A stretch of 63,990 bases of DNA, filler included, from Craspedostauros australis (taxonomy: Eukaryota): NCBI GenBank assembly GCA_030167865.1. It is 8 parts of 8 records of this genome, joined end to end, with 100 filler letters (N's around TTAATTAATTAA, not from the genome) between each part and the next. Parts side by side here need not be neighbours in the genome. Positions count along the whole stretch, not along the records: positions 44,714 to 50,766 come from JALAGF010000448.1; positions 50,867 to 58,393 come from JALAGF010000449.1; 6 more parts are not named here. The stretch is one strand, 5' to 3'. Positions within the stretch are counted from its first letter, which is position 1, and each line of letters begins with the position of its first letter. A model generated the notes under the pieces. That model was not told the DNA's origin. It saw only the letters and a list, made by a program, of their open reading frames with translations, and made no database searches. Positions 44,614 to 56,586 of this stretch are shown one piece after another. Made by a program: the position numbers and the translations under genes.

Positions 44614-44713
44614 NNNNNNNNNNNNNNNNNNNNNNNNNNNNNNNNNNNNNNNNNNNNTTAATTAATTAANNNNNNNNNNNNNNNNNNNNNNNNNNNNNNN
44701 NNNNNNNNNNNNN

Positions 44714-45135
44714 CATGAACGTCAGCAGAGGAGCAAGACCAGATATATATGGATGAGAGGAACCACTTAGGTAAGACGTCAGGATTAGAGACTGACGCAA
44801 TCGAGTTCCTGAATCTCTGTCTGACACAACCAAGACCAAATAAGACAACAACACGACNNNNNNNNNNNNNNNNNNNNNNNNNNNNNNNNNNNNNNNNNNN
44901 NNNNNNNNNNNNNNNNNNNNNNNNNNNNNNNNNNNNNNNNNNNNNNNNNNNNNNNNNNNNNNNNNNNNNNNNNNNNNNNNNNNNNNNNNNNNNNNNNNNN
45001 NNNNNNNNNNNNNNNNNNNNNGAGAAAGAGGAATCACCAACCTACAAACCCGGGATAACAGAACAACTAACTTAGTGAACCAATTGTAGCCCCACCCGGT
45101 CTACATGAGCAACAGGATTGAGACCTGTTTCAACA
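44714..45135. mobile_element. LTR end (…TTTCAACA), probable LTR retrotransposon
   Basis: Same sequence as 50867-51288. Similarity stops at CAACA, a canonical LTR terminus, and the flanks differ. Confidence 0.7.
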
Positions 45136-45921
45136 ACCTTACAGCTTCCATCATCTGGGCCCAGGCTCTGTTCTCCATCAATAGAGGCGTGCCACTACAC
45201 TCCGTATCGAAGAGAAGGTGGCCAACGAACAAGAACTATTCGATCTACCAGTTTGTGTGTTGGTCGTACTATGGTATTCTCTAGAGAGAGAGAGAGATGC
45301 CCGCCACTGTTTCTTTGAACGTCAAGTTGAACAATGGCACAGCAGACGTCTCCTTCTTCGCCCAGTCAACTCCGGAACCCCTTCCTTCATTCCATCGTTC
45401 TTCGGTTTAGGCCAGCCGGGTGGCTTTCGCTCTCTCTCTCTCGCTTTCTGTCTGTCTACTTGTACGTTAGGAAGAGATTGGCATGGTACCGCAGCGTGAC
45501 ATCGCTCTTCTCTCGAGGGAACTTGGGATGCCTCCTTGCCTTTCGAACGTGAGGTGCTGCACAACAACCAGACGATCAAGAACATGTTGTTGCCAGCCAG
45601 CAGTCCGGACACGATTCTACTTGACGCGACCTTTCGACCTGCATTCGGCCAGTGTATTCTCCTCCTGTGCATGCATCTTTTGTCGACGACGAACAGCATC
45701 GCGGCCGTGCGTCAATGCAAAAGTACGATAGAGTATACTGCAATCACTTTTGGCACGAAGGATATTGTTTTGTTTGATCTATTACATATTGGTCTATTTC
45801 AGTTATTTGGGTATGGTAAATGGTAGAATAGTACATACAGCACCGATTGTGCAAGTGCTCGATTGGGTTCATGACGTGAAGGACGATCGGCGGATTGATA
45901 GCCATGACGATGGCCTGTGGC

Positions 45922-46338
45922 TCACTGCTGCATGGGGGATGGGTGACTGTCGATGAGATCGAAATCATCATCTCCCAAGAAGTCAAGATCGTCGTCGATG
46001 AGACGAAGAGCTTCATCGAGGATACTGACAAGTTCGTTCCGATCCATCGTCGAGCTTTGCTTGCCACCGTGCGACGGAGTCAGAATGGAATTGTACCCCA
46101 TGAATGGTGATTGGGCTGGTGTAGGCAGCGGCATCGATGGGAGTGTGGAAGCATGGGTGGCTGCTTCATGCGCGGCACGTGCAAGAATCGTCTCATGCAA
46201 CGCCAGAATGTCAGAGCGATGTTGGCCACCGCTCGATGTGCTCGATCTGCTGCCATTCTCGGATGCCGAGGTTGCATGTTGCCGTTGCTGCGCCTGGTTT
46301 GGCTGTGCTTGGCTTTGTTGCGGTTTGCTGAGACACAT
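45922..46338 (-). CDS. Small hypothetical protein
   Basis: 138-aa ATG ORF, low-complexity, with an amphipathic LVSILDEALRLIDDD motif of a kind I recall in diatom hypothetical proteins. Confidence 0.35.
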   Translation of the reverse strand: MCLSKPQQSQAQPNQAQQRQHATSASENGSRSSTSSGGQHRSDILALHETILARAAHEAATHASTLPSMPLPTPAQSPFMGYNSILTPSHGGKQSSTMDRNELVSILDEALRLIDDDLDFLGDDDFDLIDSHPSPMQQ

Positions 46339-48311
46339 GGTTGCTGAATGTTTTGTTGTTGCTATTGAGCGCTATTAGGACGTGTTGTGTTGTGTTGAGT
46401 TGGTGATGATTTGATTTTATGGTCATGTGGTGGAGAGGAGTGTGGGTGTGTCGATGGAACGATGCCAAACGGGGAGCTTCGCGCGGGCGCACTGGTATGG
46501 GACCAAATCCACCCTTGTACCATCCTCGCACGTGGAACACAAGTACAGAAAATTTGGCGTATGTGATTGTTCGTTGACGCTGTCGTGTACTCTATGGTAC
46601 GAATACGATCAACGAGGGTTGTGGGGGACGTCTTCGTGCGTGAGCATTTTGGCACATCCTGTTCGTGTCATGTCCACAATACGAATTCGCGAAGCACAAA
46701 CAAGAGTATCCAACAGAACCTTCCTGATTGTTTGTGCTCTCGTCTGATGCTGCGTGCAAAACACTCCGCGCAAAACGCCCCGTCCCAATCTTCGCTTTCC
46801 ACAAGTACTGCCTTCTCCTGCCGCACCAATGTCGAAATACTGGAGCAGTGTTTATGCCCACGCACGTAAACCAAGATGAAGAACAAAGTACACGTTGCTG
46901 GTCCCTACAACTTCATGGTCGCGATTAGACTTCGTGTGTAGAACAGTTCCGTATGGAGCAGAGGATTCCAATGCAAGCTCGCTTATTGCTGAGGGTGTTG
47001 ACGTGAGGAACTCGGGTATGGTGTTAGGTTGGTAACACGCTCGTTGTGTCTCCAGATCTTGTCACCATCTTCATCTTTGTCGAGCGAAGTTGTGGTCCCG
47101 CGGTGGCTGGGATACAGTTGGGTATGGCAGGTTGTGCACACTCTGAGCAGAGGAGGTACAATTGCCATGACTACAGTCGCATAAGTCTTAACAGAGTGTG
47201 TCGATCCAGCTCGATGCAACTCTGCTCGAGCTGGATCGAGCTACGTCGAGCATTCTGGAGGACTCCAGCGTGTTTCTCATCTCATTCGAGAAGCCATGGC
47301 AACGGCGCTATCTCAACCGAAGAGATGAGTATGGTTGTAAGTTGGTGACTTCGCCAATGACAAGTACCTGGTGATGGCACACGAGAGGTCATCTTGGAAA
47401 AGAGAAGTGGTTCGTTCTTGCTCTTGTTCTGCCGTAGACCTACGTGATCAATGGTACTTGTAGCAACAACAAGACATGAGACACTCCGAACGATGAGGAG
47501 GACATCACACTATTTTACGAATCGGTTCCAGCCTTCAGAATCGTGTTCCTTGGTTCGTCGAGGATGATGTCACCTCAAGAGCACAGGCTTCCACAATCCA
47601 GAAAGTGAAATCAGTTTCGCACACGTTTGCATCCATCGGTCGGTGTCATTGACATCGGGGGAATGTCGTTGTCGTCATGTTTTCCCGTTCGATGACCACA
47701 AGGAGAACACTGGCACAACTCCACCTTGAAGTTCATAACCATTGAAGCAGAATAGTTAGTCTCTACTACTCTTGTTGCAACGCACCTTTTTTAGAATGGC
47801 GCGTGATGTGCGAGCTGTATTCGTACAGTTGTGTACGAAAAGCTTGAAACCATCCACATGACGACACAATCGTCACCCAAGTTGGCCTCGTGAAAGAAAG
47901 ACCCAACAACGAGGGTCCAAGGTGGGATTAGACGGAACGATGGTTTCGTATTCACAACAGTCGTCTCTGCTCCGTCACGTTGTGACGAGAAGAATGGGTT
48001 TGCGGTAACATTGTATTATTCTGGAGTTTTAGAATGCAACACCAGGCTGTGTCTGTCTGTCTGTCTGTTTGATCTCAAGTGTATGCCTGGTTTAATGTCT
48101 GTTTATGTAGCTGTCTGTCTGTCTGCGTCTTCGTCTTCATCGTTCCTTCGATGACACTTCTCAGCAGATCAACCAGGCCAGAAGACACCAGTGCACCAAC
48201 ACATTCTACTTTGCAAAATAGCGCGCAACGTTGTTTTCCAAACGGTTGTGCGCTGCCGCACTTGTATTATACGTAAAGTTATGTGTATTTTTTATTTTTA
48301 TCATCAACAAT

Positions 48312-50072
48312 TTAAACCAGATTCATGGAAATCGACGTCGCGGCCTTCTTCTTGTTGCGGTACACATTGTTGGTGGCCGCATTGGACTCCATGCATCGCT
48401 GCATTCCATGCGTTTGGAGCTTTCCTGACAGAAACATCGCGCCTCCCCGGCGGTACCTTTGCGGATCCTTCAGCTGCGTCATCAAGTCCAATATGTCATC
48501 CCTGAGCTGCCGAATGATGGCGTCTGCACCGGCTTCTCCGGTTAACCCGTCGTCCAGTTCTTCGAGCAGCTTGTTCAGGTTGGCCCGGGCCACGGAGAGG
48601 GTGTCTTCGGTGTGCGATCGGTTCGCCCGGATGTCGTTCATGGCTTCCAGGCACTTGATGCGGAGCCATTGGACGTGGACGTGCGGCGATGGTGGCATTG
48701 AAATGGCGCTGCTGTTGGCTGGTCGATCGACGTAGCAGAAGATGGGGAGGATTGGAGAATTGCATTCGGCGAGGGTGTCGTAGTACGTTCCTGACACAAC
48801 CAGGTGCGGCACGCGAGAGTTTGAGGCATCTCCGAGCTTGGCGTCATCGGAGAGATGCTTGGTCGCCATGATGACCTCGACGAGCACGTCGCGGGACTCT
48901 TCGGCGAGGAAGTCGCCCATGTCTACGAAGTAGCTTCCGTTCTCGCTGTTGTATTCCATGGCGTCTTCCTTGTAGTGCACTTTGACGATGTCGACCCCCG
49001 CTTCTTTGGCCTCTGCCGACAGTTGGATCTTGAGTGTGGTGGACTTGGCCACGGTGGAGAGGATGCCGCCGATGGCATCGCCGAAGGCTGCTCCGACGTC
49101 CTTCAGATCCTTCACGAAGTAGTAACTGCCGTGCACGGTATTCGCCATCTCCTGGAGCAACTCTCCGTTGTGACTTTCACCGTATCCGAAGCAGATGAGT
49201 CCGATGTCATGCTTGTCGCCGTGCTTCTTGGCGTACTTTTTCCCATCCTTCTGCTTTGATGGCACCACTTCCGGCGTTGAGCGCGTGGCGCGTTGGCTGC
49301 GAAAGACGCCCTTGAAATTGAAGCCGACGCCGCGACGTGGAGCAACCTTCTGGTCCATGTGGATATAATCCGACGTGCTGGTTGGAGCCTGTCCCTTGAG
49401 GCAGCTCTTCGTGAACTCGATGAGCTCTGGCTGAAGCGAAATCCCCTTGTTGGGCTGTCCATCAGTCAATAGAAGGACGGTCTGCACATCGCTGGGTGAA
49501 TCGATGCGACGCAGTTCGTCGCACGCCATGTGAACGGCATGCGAAATGTTGGTCATGCCACTTGGCCCGAGGTGTCGGATGGTCGTCAAACAGCTCTCCT
49601 TGTGGCGCTGGTCGAGCTTGCCGAGTTCGCATTGAACCATGGCGGTGTTGTGGAACGTGACCAAACCAAAGCGGTCCGTCGGCTCCAGCACGCCGAGGAG
49701 CAGCTCGAGGGTGCGCTTGCACAGGGCCAACGGTTCGCCGGACATGGATCCGGAAACATCCAGCGCCACCATGATATCGATTGGCGCGCGCCTTTCGGCG
49801 CCAGCCCTTGCGTCATCTTCATCGTCTGGCATGGCGCAAGCCTTGAGGTTGGCGCAAATGATCTGCGTCACCATCTCATGCTGCAATCCCACGCATTCGT
49901 ATTGCGGAATGACGGTGGCAGCCAGGGTCGTCTTTGTCTTCGTGTTGGCGCCGGCGGTTGCCGCGGAGGCTGGCACCAACGGTGGGGTTGCATTTGGAGT
50001 TGGGTTCGGAGTGGACGGTGATGCGTTGGTGCGTGCATCTGCGTCGTTTCCTTTCATTTCGTTTCGGACCAT
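48312..50072 (-). CDS. von Willebrand factor A domain protein
   Basis: RAPIDIMVALDVSGSMSG (MIDAS DxSxS), DRFGLVTF, GMTNIS, LLLTDGQPN, FGYGESHN..LL, AFGDAIGGILS. Confidence 0.9.
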   Translation of the reverse strand: MVRNEMKGNDADARTNASPSTPNPTPNATPPLVPASAATAGANTKTKTTLAATVIPQYECVGLQHEMVTQIICANLKACAMPDDEDDARAGAERRAPIDIMVALDVSGSMSGEPLALCKRTLELLLGVLEPTDRFGLVTFHNTAMVQCELGKLDQRHKESCLTTIRHLGPSGMTNISHAVHMACDELRRIDSPSDVQTVLLLTDGQPNKGISLQPELIEFTKSCLKGQAPTSTSDYIHMDQKVAPRRGVGFNFKGVFRSQRATRSTPEVVPSKQKDGKKYAKKHGDKHDIGLICFGYGESHNGELLQEMANTVHGSYYFVKDLKDVGAAFGDAIGGILSTVAKSTTLKIQLSAEAKEAGVDIVKVHYKEDAMEYNSENGSYFVDMGDFLAEESRDVLVEVIMATKHLSDDAKLGDASNSRVPHLVVSGTYYDTLAECNSPILPIFCYVDRPANSSAISMPPSPHVHVQWLRIKCLEAMNDIRANRSHTEDTLSVARANLNKLLEELDDGLTGEAGADAIIRQLRDDILDLMTQLKDPQRYRRGGAMFLSGKLQTHGMQRCMESNAATNNVYRNKKKAATSISMNLV

Positions 50073-50866
50073 GGTGAAGTTCTTCGCTTTTCGTATTGTG
50101 GAGAAGAAGAAGGGGTGGGAGTGGAGGTGATAATGGCAGAATAGGTGCTGATGAGGGTGGTGTGGTTTGGGACGTCGATGCAGATGATTGATGACAGCGT
50201 TGCTGGGGCAGTTGAAGGCAGGCCTGGTTTCGTTTTATGGGCAGGATCTTCAGACATGAATCAAGGATGGCGTTTGTCTGGCTCCGCAGAGCACGTTGTT
50301 GTTGTTGTTGTTGTTGTCAAGGGGACGTTGATTCGACACCGCTCCTCGCGTGTTTCGATCTGGTCGCGTATTTGTTCTTCGCTTGTTAATGTGCTCAATC
50401 GTCGTGTTCGCGCCCACGTTTGCGATCTTGTTGGTGAGACGTACGACCCCATTCAGGATACGATAGTATACAAATGCGGATTTTTAATATTTTTACTTAA
50501 ATCATCCTATTATGTTGTAGATAGTATATGGGTTAAGTTACAAGCTTCTGGGCCTTGTAGTTAAAAAGTTTATATTTTTCGCATTAGTCTACGACTAAAC
50601 ACGTGAGGCATGCGAACGTAGAGGGGCGACTTGGATTCGAAATTCTCAGTCGTGTTTCGACCAATGTCCAGTCGTGTCCTTTATCGACACACTCACATTT
50701 CGCGTGGGTGAGGCGGGTTGTTGCGAAACAATGTCGAGGATTGGGCAGTGGCAGTAGGCATGCTGANNNNNNNNNNNNNNNNNNNNNNNNNNNNNNNNNN
50801 NNNNNNNNNNTTAATTAATTAANNNNNNNNNNNNNNNNNNNNNNNNNNNNNNNNNNNNNNNNNNNN

Positions 50867-51288
50867 CATGAACGTCAGCAGAGGAGCAAGACCAGATATA
50901 TATGGATGAGAGGAACCACTTAGGTAAGACGTCAGGATTAGAGACTGACGCAATCGAGTTCCTGAATCTCTGTCTGACACAACCAAGACCAAATAAGACA
51001 ACAACACGACNNNNNNNNNNNNNNNNNNNNNNNNNNNNNNNNNNNNNNNNNNNNNNNNGTTAGGAATTAGGAAATGATCTGACTCAATAGGAGTCAGAAC
51101 TACACGAGTTTGCAGGGCAACTGGAGATTGACATGAGTTGACTTTTGACAGACAAGTCAAGCTCATAAATCGCAGAGAAAGAGGAATCACCAACCTACAA
51201 ACCCGGGATAACAGAACAACTAACTTAGTGAACCAATTGTAGCCCCACCCGGTCTACATGAGCAACAGGATTGAGACCTGTTTCAACA
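50867..51288. mobile_element. LTR end, second insertion of the same element
   Basis: Matches 44714-45135 and ends in TTTCAACA, directly against the ATPase coding sequence. Confidence 0.7.
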
Positions 51289-54200
51289 CACGCATTCAGC
51301 ATCACCTGCCTGCAACGCGAGAAGCAATCCTTCGTCCGCATGGACAAAGCGAGCAGTCCTTCGCCGTGCCACAGTGTGTCCAAAGAGCCGGTGGATGCAA
51401 CAGCAACAGCAACAACAGACTCGTCAACTGAGTCATCATCCAACGTCGACGATGAGATGGTGTTGCAAACGGTACGATCATCCAAGAGAACACTCGTCCT
51501 CATCTCGGGACATTCGGGAAGCGGAAAGACTGCGCTTGCCATGCAAGTCAAGAAATTTGCGGCAACGCACAACGCTACCGTTGCCAACACTGCCACCAAC
51601 ACCAACAGCGTGCACCGCCCCTTCCACGGCTTCTTCGTGTCTGGCAAGTGCGAGATCTCCAAGATGAATGCGGAGCAACCGTACGCTGGGATCAANTCTG
51701 CATTGATGGATCTATGCAACCAGATCCTATGCTTGCCTCGCGACGAAGAAGACATCCACGCCAAAGTCATCATGTCATCCCTCAACATGTATGACAAGAC
51801 CCTTTTCATGACATCAGAGAGTGAGCAGGCACGCAGCAACCTTTCTTCGCCCAGCCATCACGGCGCTTCTTCAACGCATTCTCCAGCAGCTGACCACCAC
51901 ACATCATCCGCCCTCGATGATCCTCGACGGCTTTCTGCCCTCCAGAAGCTCTTGACCAAGGGTCTCACCAAGGGAGAGATCAGGGTGCTGTCCGCTGTCA
52001 TCCCGGACCTCCCCCAGGTCGTCTACGGCATTCAGCATGCACTCGTTCTCGGCACAGCCACAAGGGACGATGCTTCTGTTGCCAGCCTATCCACATGCAC
52101 GTCTGGCAGACACAGTCTGGCGAGACCGTGGAATGATCAAGTCGGGTACCGTGCCCACGGTGATCGGCTCAAGTTCGCTCTGCGGAGGTTGATCCAGATC
52201 ATCTGCAACTTCTGTCCTCTCATCTTCGTCATCGATGACATCCAATGGGCCGACAAGGCATCGCTGGACATCCTACAAGCGTGGATGCTCGACACCAACA
52301 ACTCGTCACTGATGGTCATCGGATGTTACCGATCCAATCTGTTGGAAGAGAATCGCACCCTCAAGACCACGTTGCTGGCGCTAGATGAATCCAAACGCGA
52401 GCGATCGCTCCGCATCATCAAGCTTCCCATCCAAGATCTGGAACTGGATCACGTCAAGGAACTGCTGTGCTGTCTCCTCAAACCCCAGGATGACATCCCA
52501 CACAGCAACACTGCTGATCACAGCAACCGAGATGATGGAACGAACGATGAACGCTATGAGGCCGTGGCACGCTTTGCAGACATCGTGTACAACAAGACGG
52601 GCGGGAATCCCTTCTTCGTGCAACGGTTCCTCCATTCGTTGGTCGACGACCGGCTGCTCCAGTACAACCCATCGATGCTTTTGCCCGAGCCGGTCGCAGC
52701 GACAGGGTCGACTCCGCCAACGTCACCCGTGCCAGCAGCAATATCAACACCAATCGCATCGACCCCATCAACACCATCGACAGTATCAACACTCACATGG
52801 GAATGGGTCTGGAATGATGATGAGATGGAGGCCAAGTCATCACTCACTAGCAACGTCATCGAGCTCATGAAGAACAAACTGCATCAGGTGCAGGATGCCA
52901 GACAGATCTTGCCCATCGCGGCATGTCTGGGTGCATCCTTCTCCTATTCAACCATCTGTGTGGTGATGCGCGGCCTCTCCATCCACTCAGCCCATTCGGC
53001 TTTCGTCCGCAAGCTGTTCGGTATCAGCCGCTTCGTCTCCAACAGCGGGATCCGCAAGATGCTCCGCACCTGCGAACGCGAAGGCTTGCTGGAACGATCT
53101 GCCAGTGCCAAGGTTGCCGACGACTACGCGATAGATATCGATGCAACCAACGCATCGAATAAGACGCAATCCAGCACCCACCCAAAGCAGAAGGCAAAGA
53201 CGAGACAGTCCACCATCTACAACTTCAGCCACGACAAGGTCCAGGAGGCAGCGCTGGACATGGTGGGACAGGAGCAGCTCTCTGAGCTCAAGTATCGCGT
53301 GGGAGAGATCCTCCTCTTCGGTCTCTCCCAAGATGAGCTTGATGAACGTATCTTCATGGTCACGAACCTTGTCAACACAAGACCAGACCTGATCCCGGAC
53401 ACCAACAAGAGTGACCGCCGCAAACGAGTGATGATGCTCAACTTCGACGCCGGCACCAAGGCTGTCGGTTGTTCAGCATTTCGGTTGGCCCTCGGATACT
53501 TCCGTTGTGCCATCGACCTTCTCCCGCCCAATCACTGGGACGTCCTTCAGGAGGAGACGTTACAAGTCTATTCTTCCGCAGCAGAGTGCGCATTCGTCAC
53601 CGCCGATCTCGATAGGTCTCGCAGATACTGCAACATCATCGTCGAATCCAAATGCGACATCTTGGAGAAGATCGATGCCTACCATACGCTGGCAGACATC
53701 GCGGCAGCAGAGCACAAGAAGGATGACAAGGAATCCGCCGCAATTCAACTTTGCTTGAGCGTCCTGTCACAGCTGGGGTGCAACATACCAAAGCCAGGGA
53801 TGAAACGAATGTTCGTGATCATCTCCGGACTCCTCAAGGTGAAACGCGCCGCCCGTTCGTTGACATCGGAATCGATTGCGAAACTGCCGCTGAATAAGAA
53901 TAAGAGAGAGGATGCAGTGATGAGGACATTGGCGAAGCTCATCACACTCTGCTACTTCGCTGAACCAGACCTTATACCCATCCTAGTGTACAAGAGCTTC
54001 CAACGAACATTCAAGCACGGTATGTCGGAGCATTCCCCAGTTGCCTTCATCTTTCTGGGCCTCATCACAGGGTCTGCCATGGGTGACGTCAAGGCACGTG
54101 AGAGTCTCGGACGAGCATCGCTCGAAATGCTCGCCAGACTAGATCATCCCACCACCGAACCTGAGATTATCTTCAGTTTCTATTCTATGCTCCAGCATTG

Positions 54201-55086
54201 GAACCAGCCCTTGGAAGAGGCCAAAGAGCCGCTCATGGAAGCATATCGCACAGGGATGGCATGTGGTGATTTGGAAACTGCGTGTTGGAGCATGGCGAAC
54301 TACACAGCCGTTTGCTTTGCCGACGGAACGCGGCTGTCTCGAGTCGATGCCGACTATGAGACATACGCCAAGGTGACGCTAGATTTCAATCAGACTCAGC
54401 AACATCACTTCCTGTCGATGGCGTGGCAGAGGGTTATGAACCTCCGCGGCACATCCAAGCATACCGTCGTCCTCATCGGGGACGCCTTCGACGAACGCAA
54501 GGACACCTACGATGAAGTGGGCTTGATGGCCAACATCCAGAAGCACGCACTCGCCATGACCAAAGCAGAACTCTGCTACTTCTTCGGTGAATACGAGATG
54601 GGGGCCAAACTCTCGGCCCAATCCGCCTTGGCATTGGCTCAACTGACGATGGGTTCATCCGCCGCACCACCCAGCTTCTTTCGTGCAGCGTTGGTCTGCT
54701 TTGCTGCCTTGCATAACGCAAAAGGAAAGAGGAAATACCTCAAGACAGCTCGACAGTGCACGAAGCAGCTGAAGGTGTGGAACAAGCAGGGCCATCCCAA
54801 CTGCCCCCACTACCTCACAATTCTAGATGCTGAAGAACAGTTCCTGCGCGGAAAGCACAACAAAGCCATCAAGGCTTATACGCAGGGCATCCAAAGCGCA
54901 TCGCAGCGTGGGTATATTCATGACGAGGCGACGGCGAATGAGCGGCTGGCAGATTGCTTGATGGATTGTGATCGCCGCATTGACGCTAAGTATCGGTACG
55001 GAGAGTCATTGAGGCTGTACAGGGAGTGGGGGGCCTTGAAGAAGGTGGAAGTGCTGAAGGCAAAGACACAGGCCCTGTTCAGATAA
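51289..55086 (+). CDS. STAND-class ATPase (COG3899-like) with C-terminal helical/TPR-like region; 5' end abuts LTR
   Basis: Walker A GHSGSGKT, GFFVSGK, Walker B IFVIDDIQWAD, KTGGNPFF, YNFSHDKVQEAA, C-terminal HDEATANER...YREWGALKKV. No kinase or GAF/HK domain in view. Confidence 0.85.
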   Translation, partial: HAFSITCLQREKQSFVRMDKASSPSPCHSVSKEPVDATATATTDSSTESSSNVDDEMVLQTVRSSKRTLVLISGHSGSGKTALAMQVKKFAATHNATVANTATNTNSVHRPFHGFFVSGKCEISKMNAEQPYAGIXSALMDLCNQILCLPRDEEDIHAKVIMSSLNMYDKTLFMTSESEQARSNLSSPSHHGASSTHSPAADHHTSSALDDPRRLSALQKLLTKGLTKGEIRVLSAVIPDLPQVVYGIQHALVLGTATRDDASVASLSTCTSGRHSLARPWNDQVGYRAHGDRLKFALRRLIQIICNFCPLIFVIDDIQWADKASLDILQAWMLDTNNSSLMVIGCYRSNLLEENRTLKTTLLALDESKRERSLRIIKLPIQDLELDHVKELLCCLLKPQDDIPHSNTADHSNRDDGTNDERYEAVARFADIVYNKTGGNPFFVQRFLHSLVDDRLLQYNPSMLLPEPVAATGSTPPTSPVPAAISTPIASTPSTPSTVSTLTWEWVWNDDEMEAKSSLTSNVIELMKNKLHQVQDARQILPIAACLGASFSYSTICVVMRGLSIHSAHSAFVRKLFGISRFVSNSGIRKMLRTCEREGLLERSASAKVADDYAIDIDATNASNKTQSSTHPKQKAKTRQSTIYNFSHDKVQEAALDMVGQEQLSELKYRVGEILLFGLSQDELDERIFMVTNLVNTRPDLIPDTNKSDRRKRVMMLNFDAGTKAVGCSAFRLALGYFRCAIDLLPPNHWDVLQEETLQVYSSAAECAFVTADLDRSRRYCNIIVESKCDILEKIDAYHTLADIAAAEHKKDDKESAAIQLCLSVLSQLGCNIPKPGMKRMFVIISGLLKVKRAARSLTSESIAKLPLNKNKREDAVMRTLAKLITLCYFAEPDLIPILVYKSFQRTFKHGMSEHSPVAFIFLGLITGSAMGDVKARESLGRASLEMLARLDHPTTEPEIIFSFYSMLQHWNQPLEEAKEPLMEAYRTGMACGDLETACWSMANYTAVCFADGTRLSRVDADYETYAKVTLDFNQTQQHHFLSMAWQRVMNLRGTSKHTVVLIGDAFDERKDTYDEVGLMANIQKHALAMTKAELCYFFGEYEMGAKLSAQSALALAQLTMGSSAAPPSFFRAALVCFAALHNAKGKRKYLKTARQCTKQLKVWNKQGHPNCPHYLTILDAEEQFLRGKHNKAIKAYTQGIQSASQRGYIHDEATANERLADCLMDCDRRIDAKYRYGESLRLYREWGALKKVEVLKAKTQALFR

Positions 55087-56527
55087 AGAGAGTCAACGCC
55101 GGGGATTGCTTAACTGGTATAATACCATCCTACATTGCCGTCACACGTGAGAATCTGGAGTTGCCCACACGAACCACAAGACGCGCAGATCGATGCCGAG
55201 AACCCTGACGCTTCATGGCGGCAGCGCTGTCTGGGCCAAACCAACCAGCGAAGCATCGCCTCCCTTTGCTCGAGATGCGCACTACAACAAACAAATGCTG
55301 AACATGTTGCACATGCCTCGACAAGCACCCAGACATCAACATGATCACACACAACGCCGAGGATACATGCACGCCGGCGGGAGCATCTCTTCCAAGCTCG
55401 CAGCCGTCTTGGGCTTCGTGACTATAGTATGCCCCTCAAAGGTTTGGACAAGCACTTGGGTTCAGACGATATCAACGATAGTGATAGCGACCGACCCATG
55501 CAACGGCGTCACAGACGCAAGCGCAAGACATCCATCAGTCCGTGTCACTATTCGTACCACACTCCAACGTAAGGCAGATCTTGCAATGCATCACCCAGCA
55601 TCCAAGACATGCGCCATGAAAAAAGCGCAACATGCAGCATGCACCCAAATGCCTCTAGATTTCCGTCCTGTTGCGATGCTGCGCAGCGGTAGTGCTACAG
55701 TCTCTGTTGCTCGACGAAGATGCCACTCGCACAGGTTCTACCATTTGAGCACAGGAAGCAGGGCATACTCGTGCTGGCGAAGCTCGATGCCGTGATTGTG
55801 TTCCGCACCACACCCTTCGCGGTCCCTGTCCTGGCTGACCTCACGGTCGTCGCCTTGCGTCAGGCGGGTGAATGTTCGATACCCGTAGGATTACATCATG
55901 CAACATGAACGCACAGGATCGGCTTCAACCGAGTCTTTGCCTCGACGCCGAGAATGCCACATGCAAATCTGGGCAGACGTTGCCACTCCTGCTCTCAGCG
56001 TGCAGGTTCAAGTGCAAGTGCAGATCGAGTGTCACCACGGGAACTGACCAAGGACGGTTCAGGACTGCAACAATGGGTTCACGGCTGCGGGACGTAATGC
56101 TATTATATTCGGTGCGCCATCAAGCAGATCCACATGAACGGTGTTTGCAATTATGTCGTCGCCATCGATTTGGCCCCAACAGTGACAGCGACACATCTAT
56201 ACTCATCACCATAGTCAGAACATGACGACCATCGGGATCGACAGCTCTGCTGTGGCGGATGGAACCGACTGCATGTTTCACCCAAGCAGTCGGACGCAAC
56301 GGCATACCAGCATTGATCATCACAGCAGGTACAGTTCATTCAACATCAACGGAAGTAACGGCAGCAGTCATCATGGCGACAGCTCTCAACCAACCCTTGA
56401 GCATCATAGTACGCGAACTGCAGAGAAGTGCATCACTGCGTATTACTCGAGTACTCTACTCATCCTACCCATCGTCTTCGTCTTCTGTGTCGTAATCGTA
56501 TTCGTGATTGTAGTCTTATTATTAGTC

Positions 56528-56543
56528 TTAGTTGTTTTCCTCG

Positions 56544-56586
<43 letters not shown>

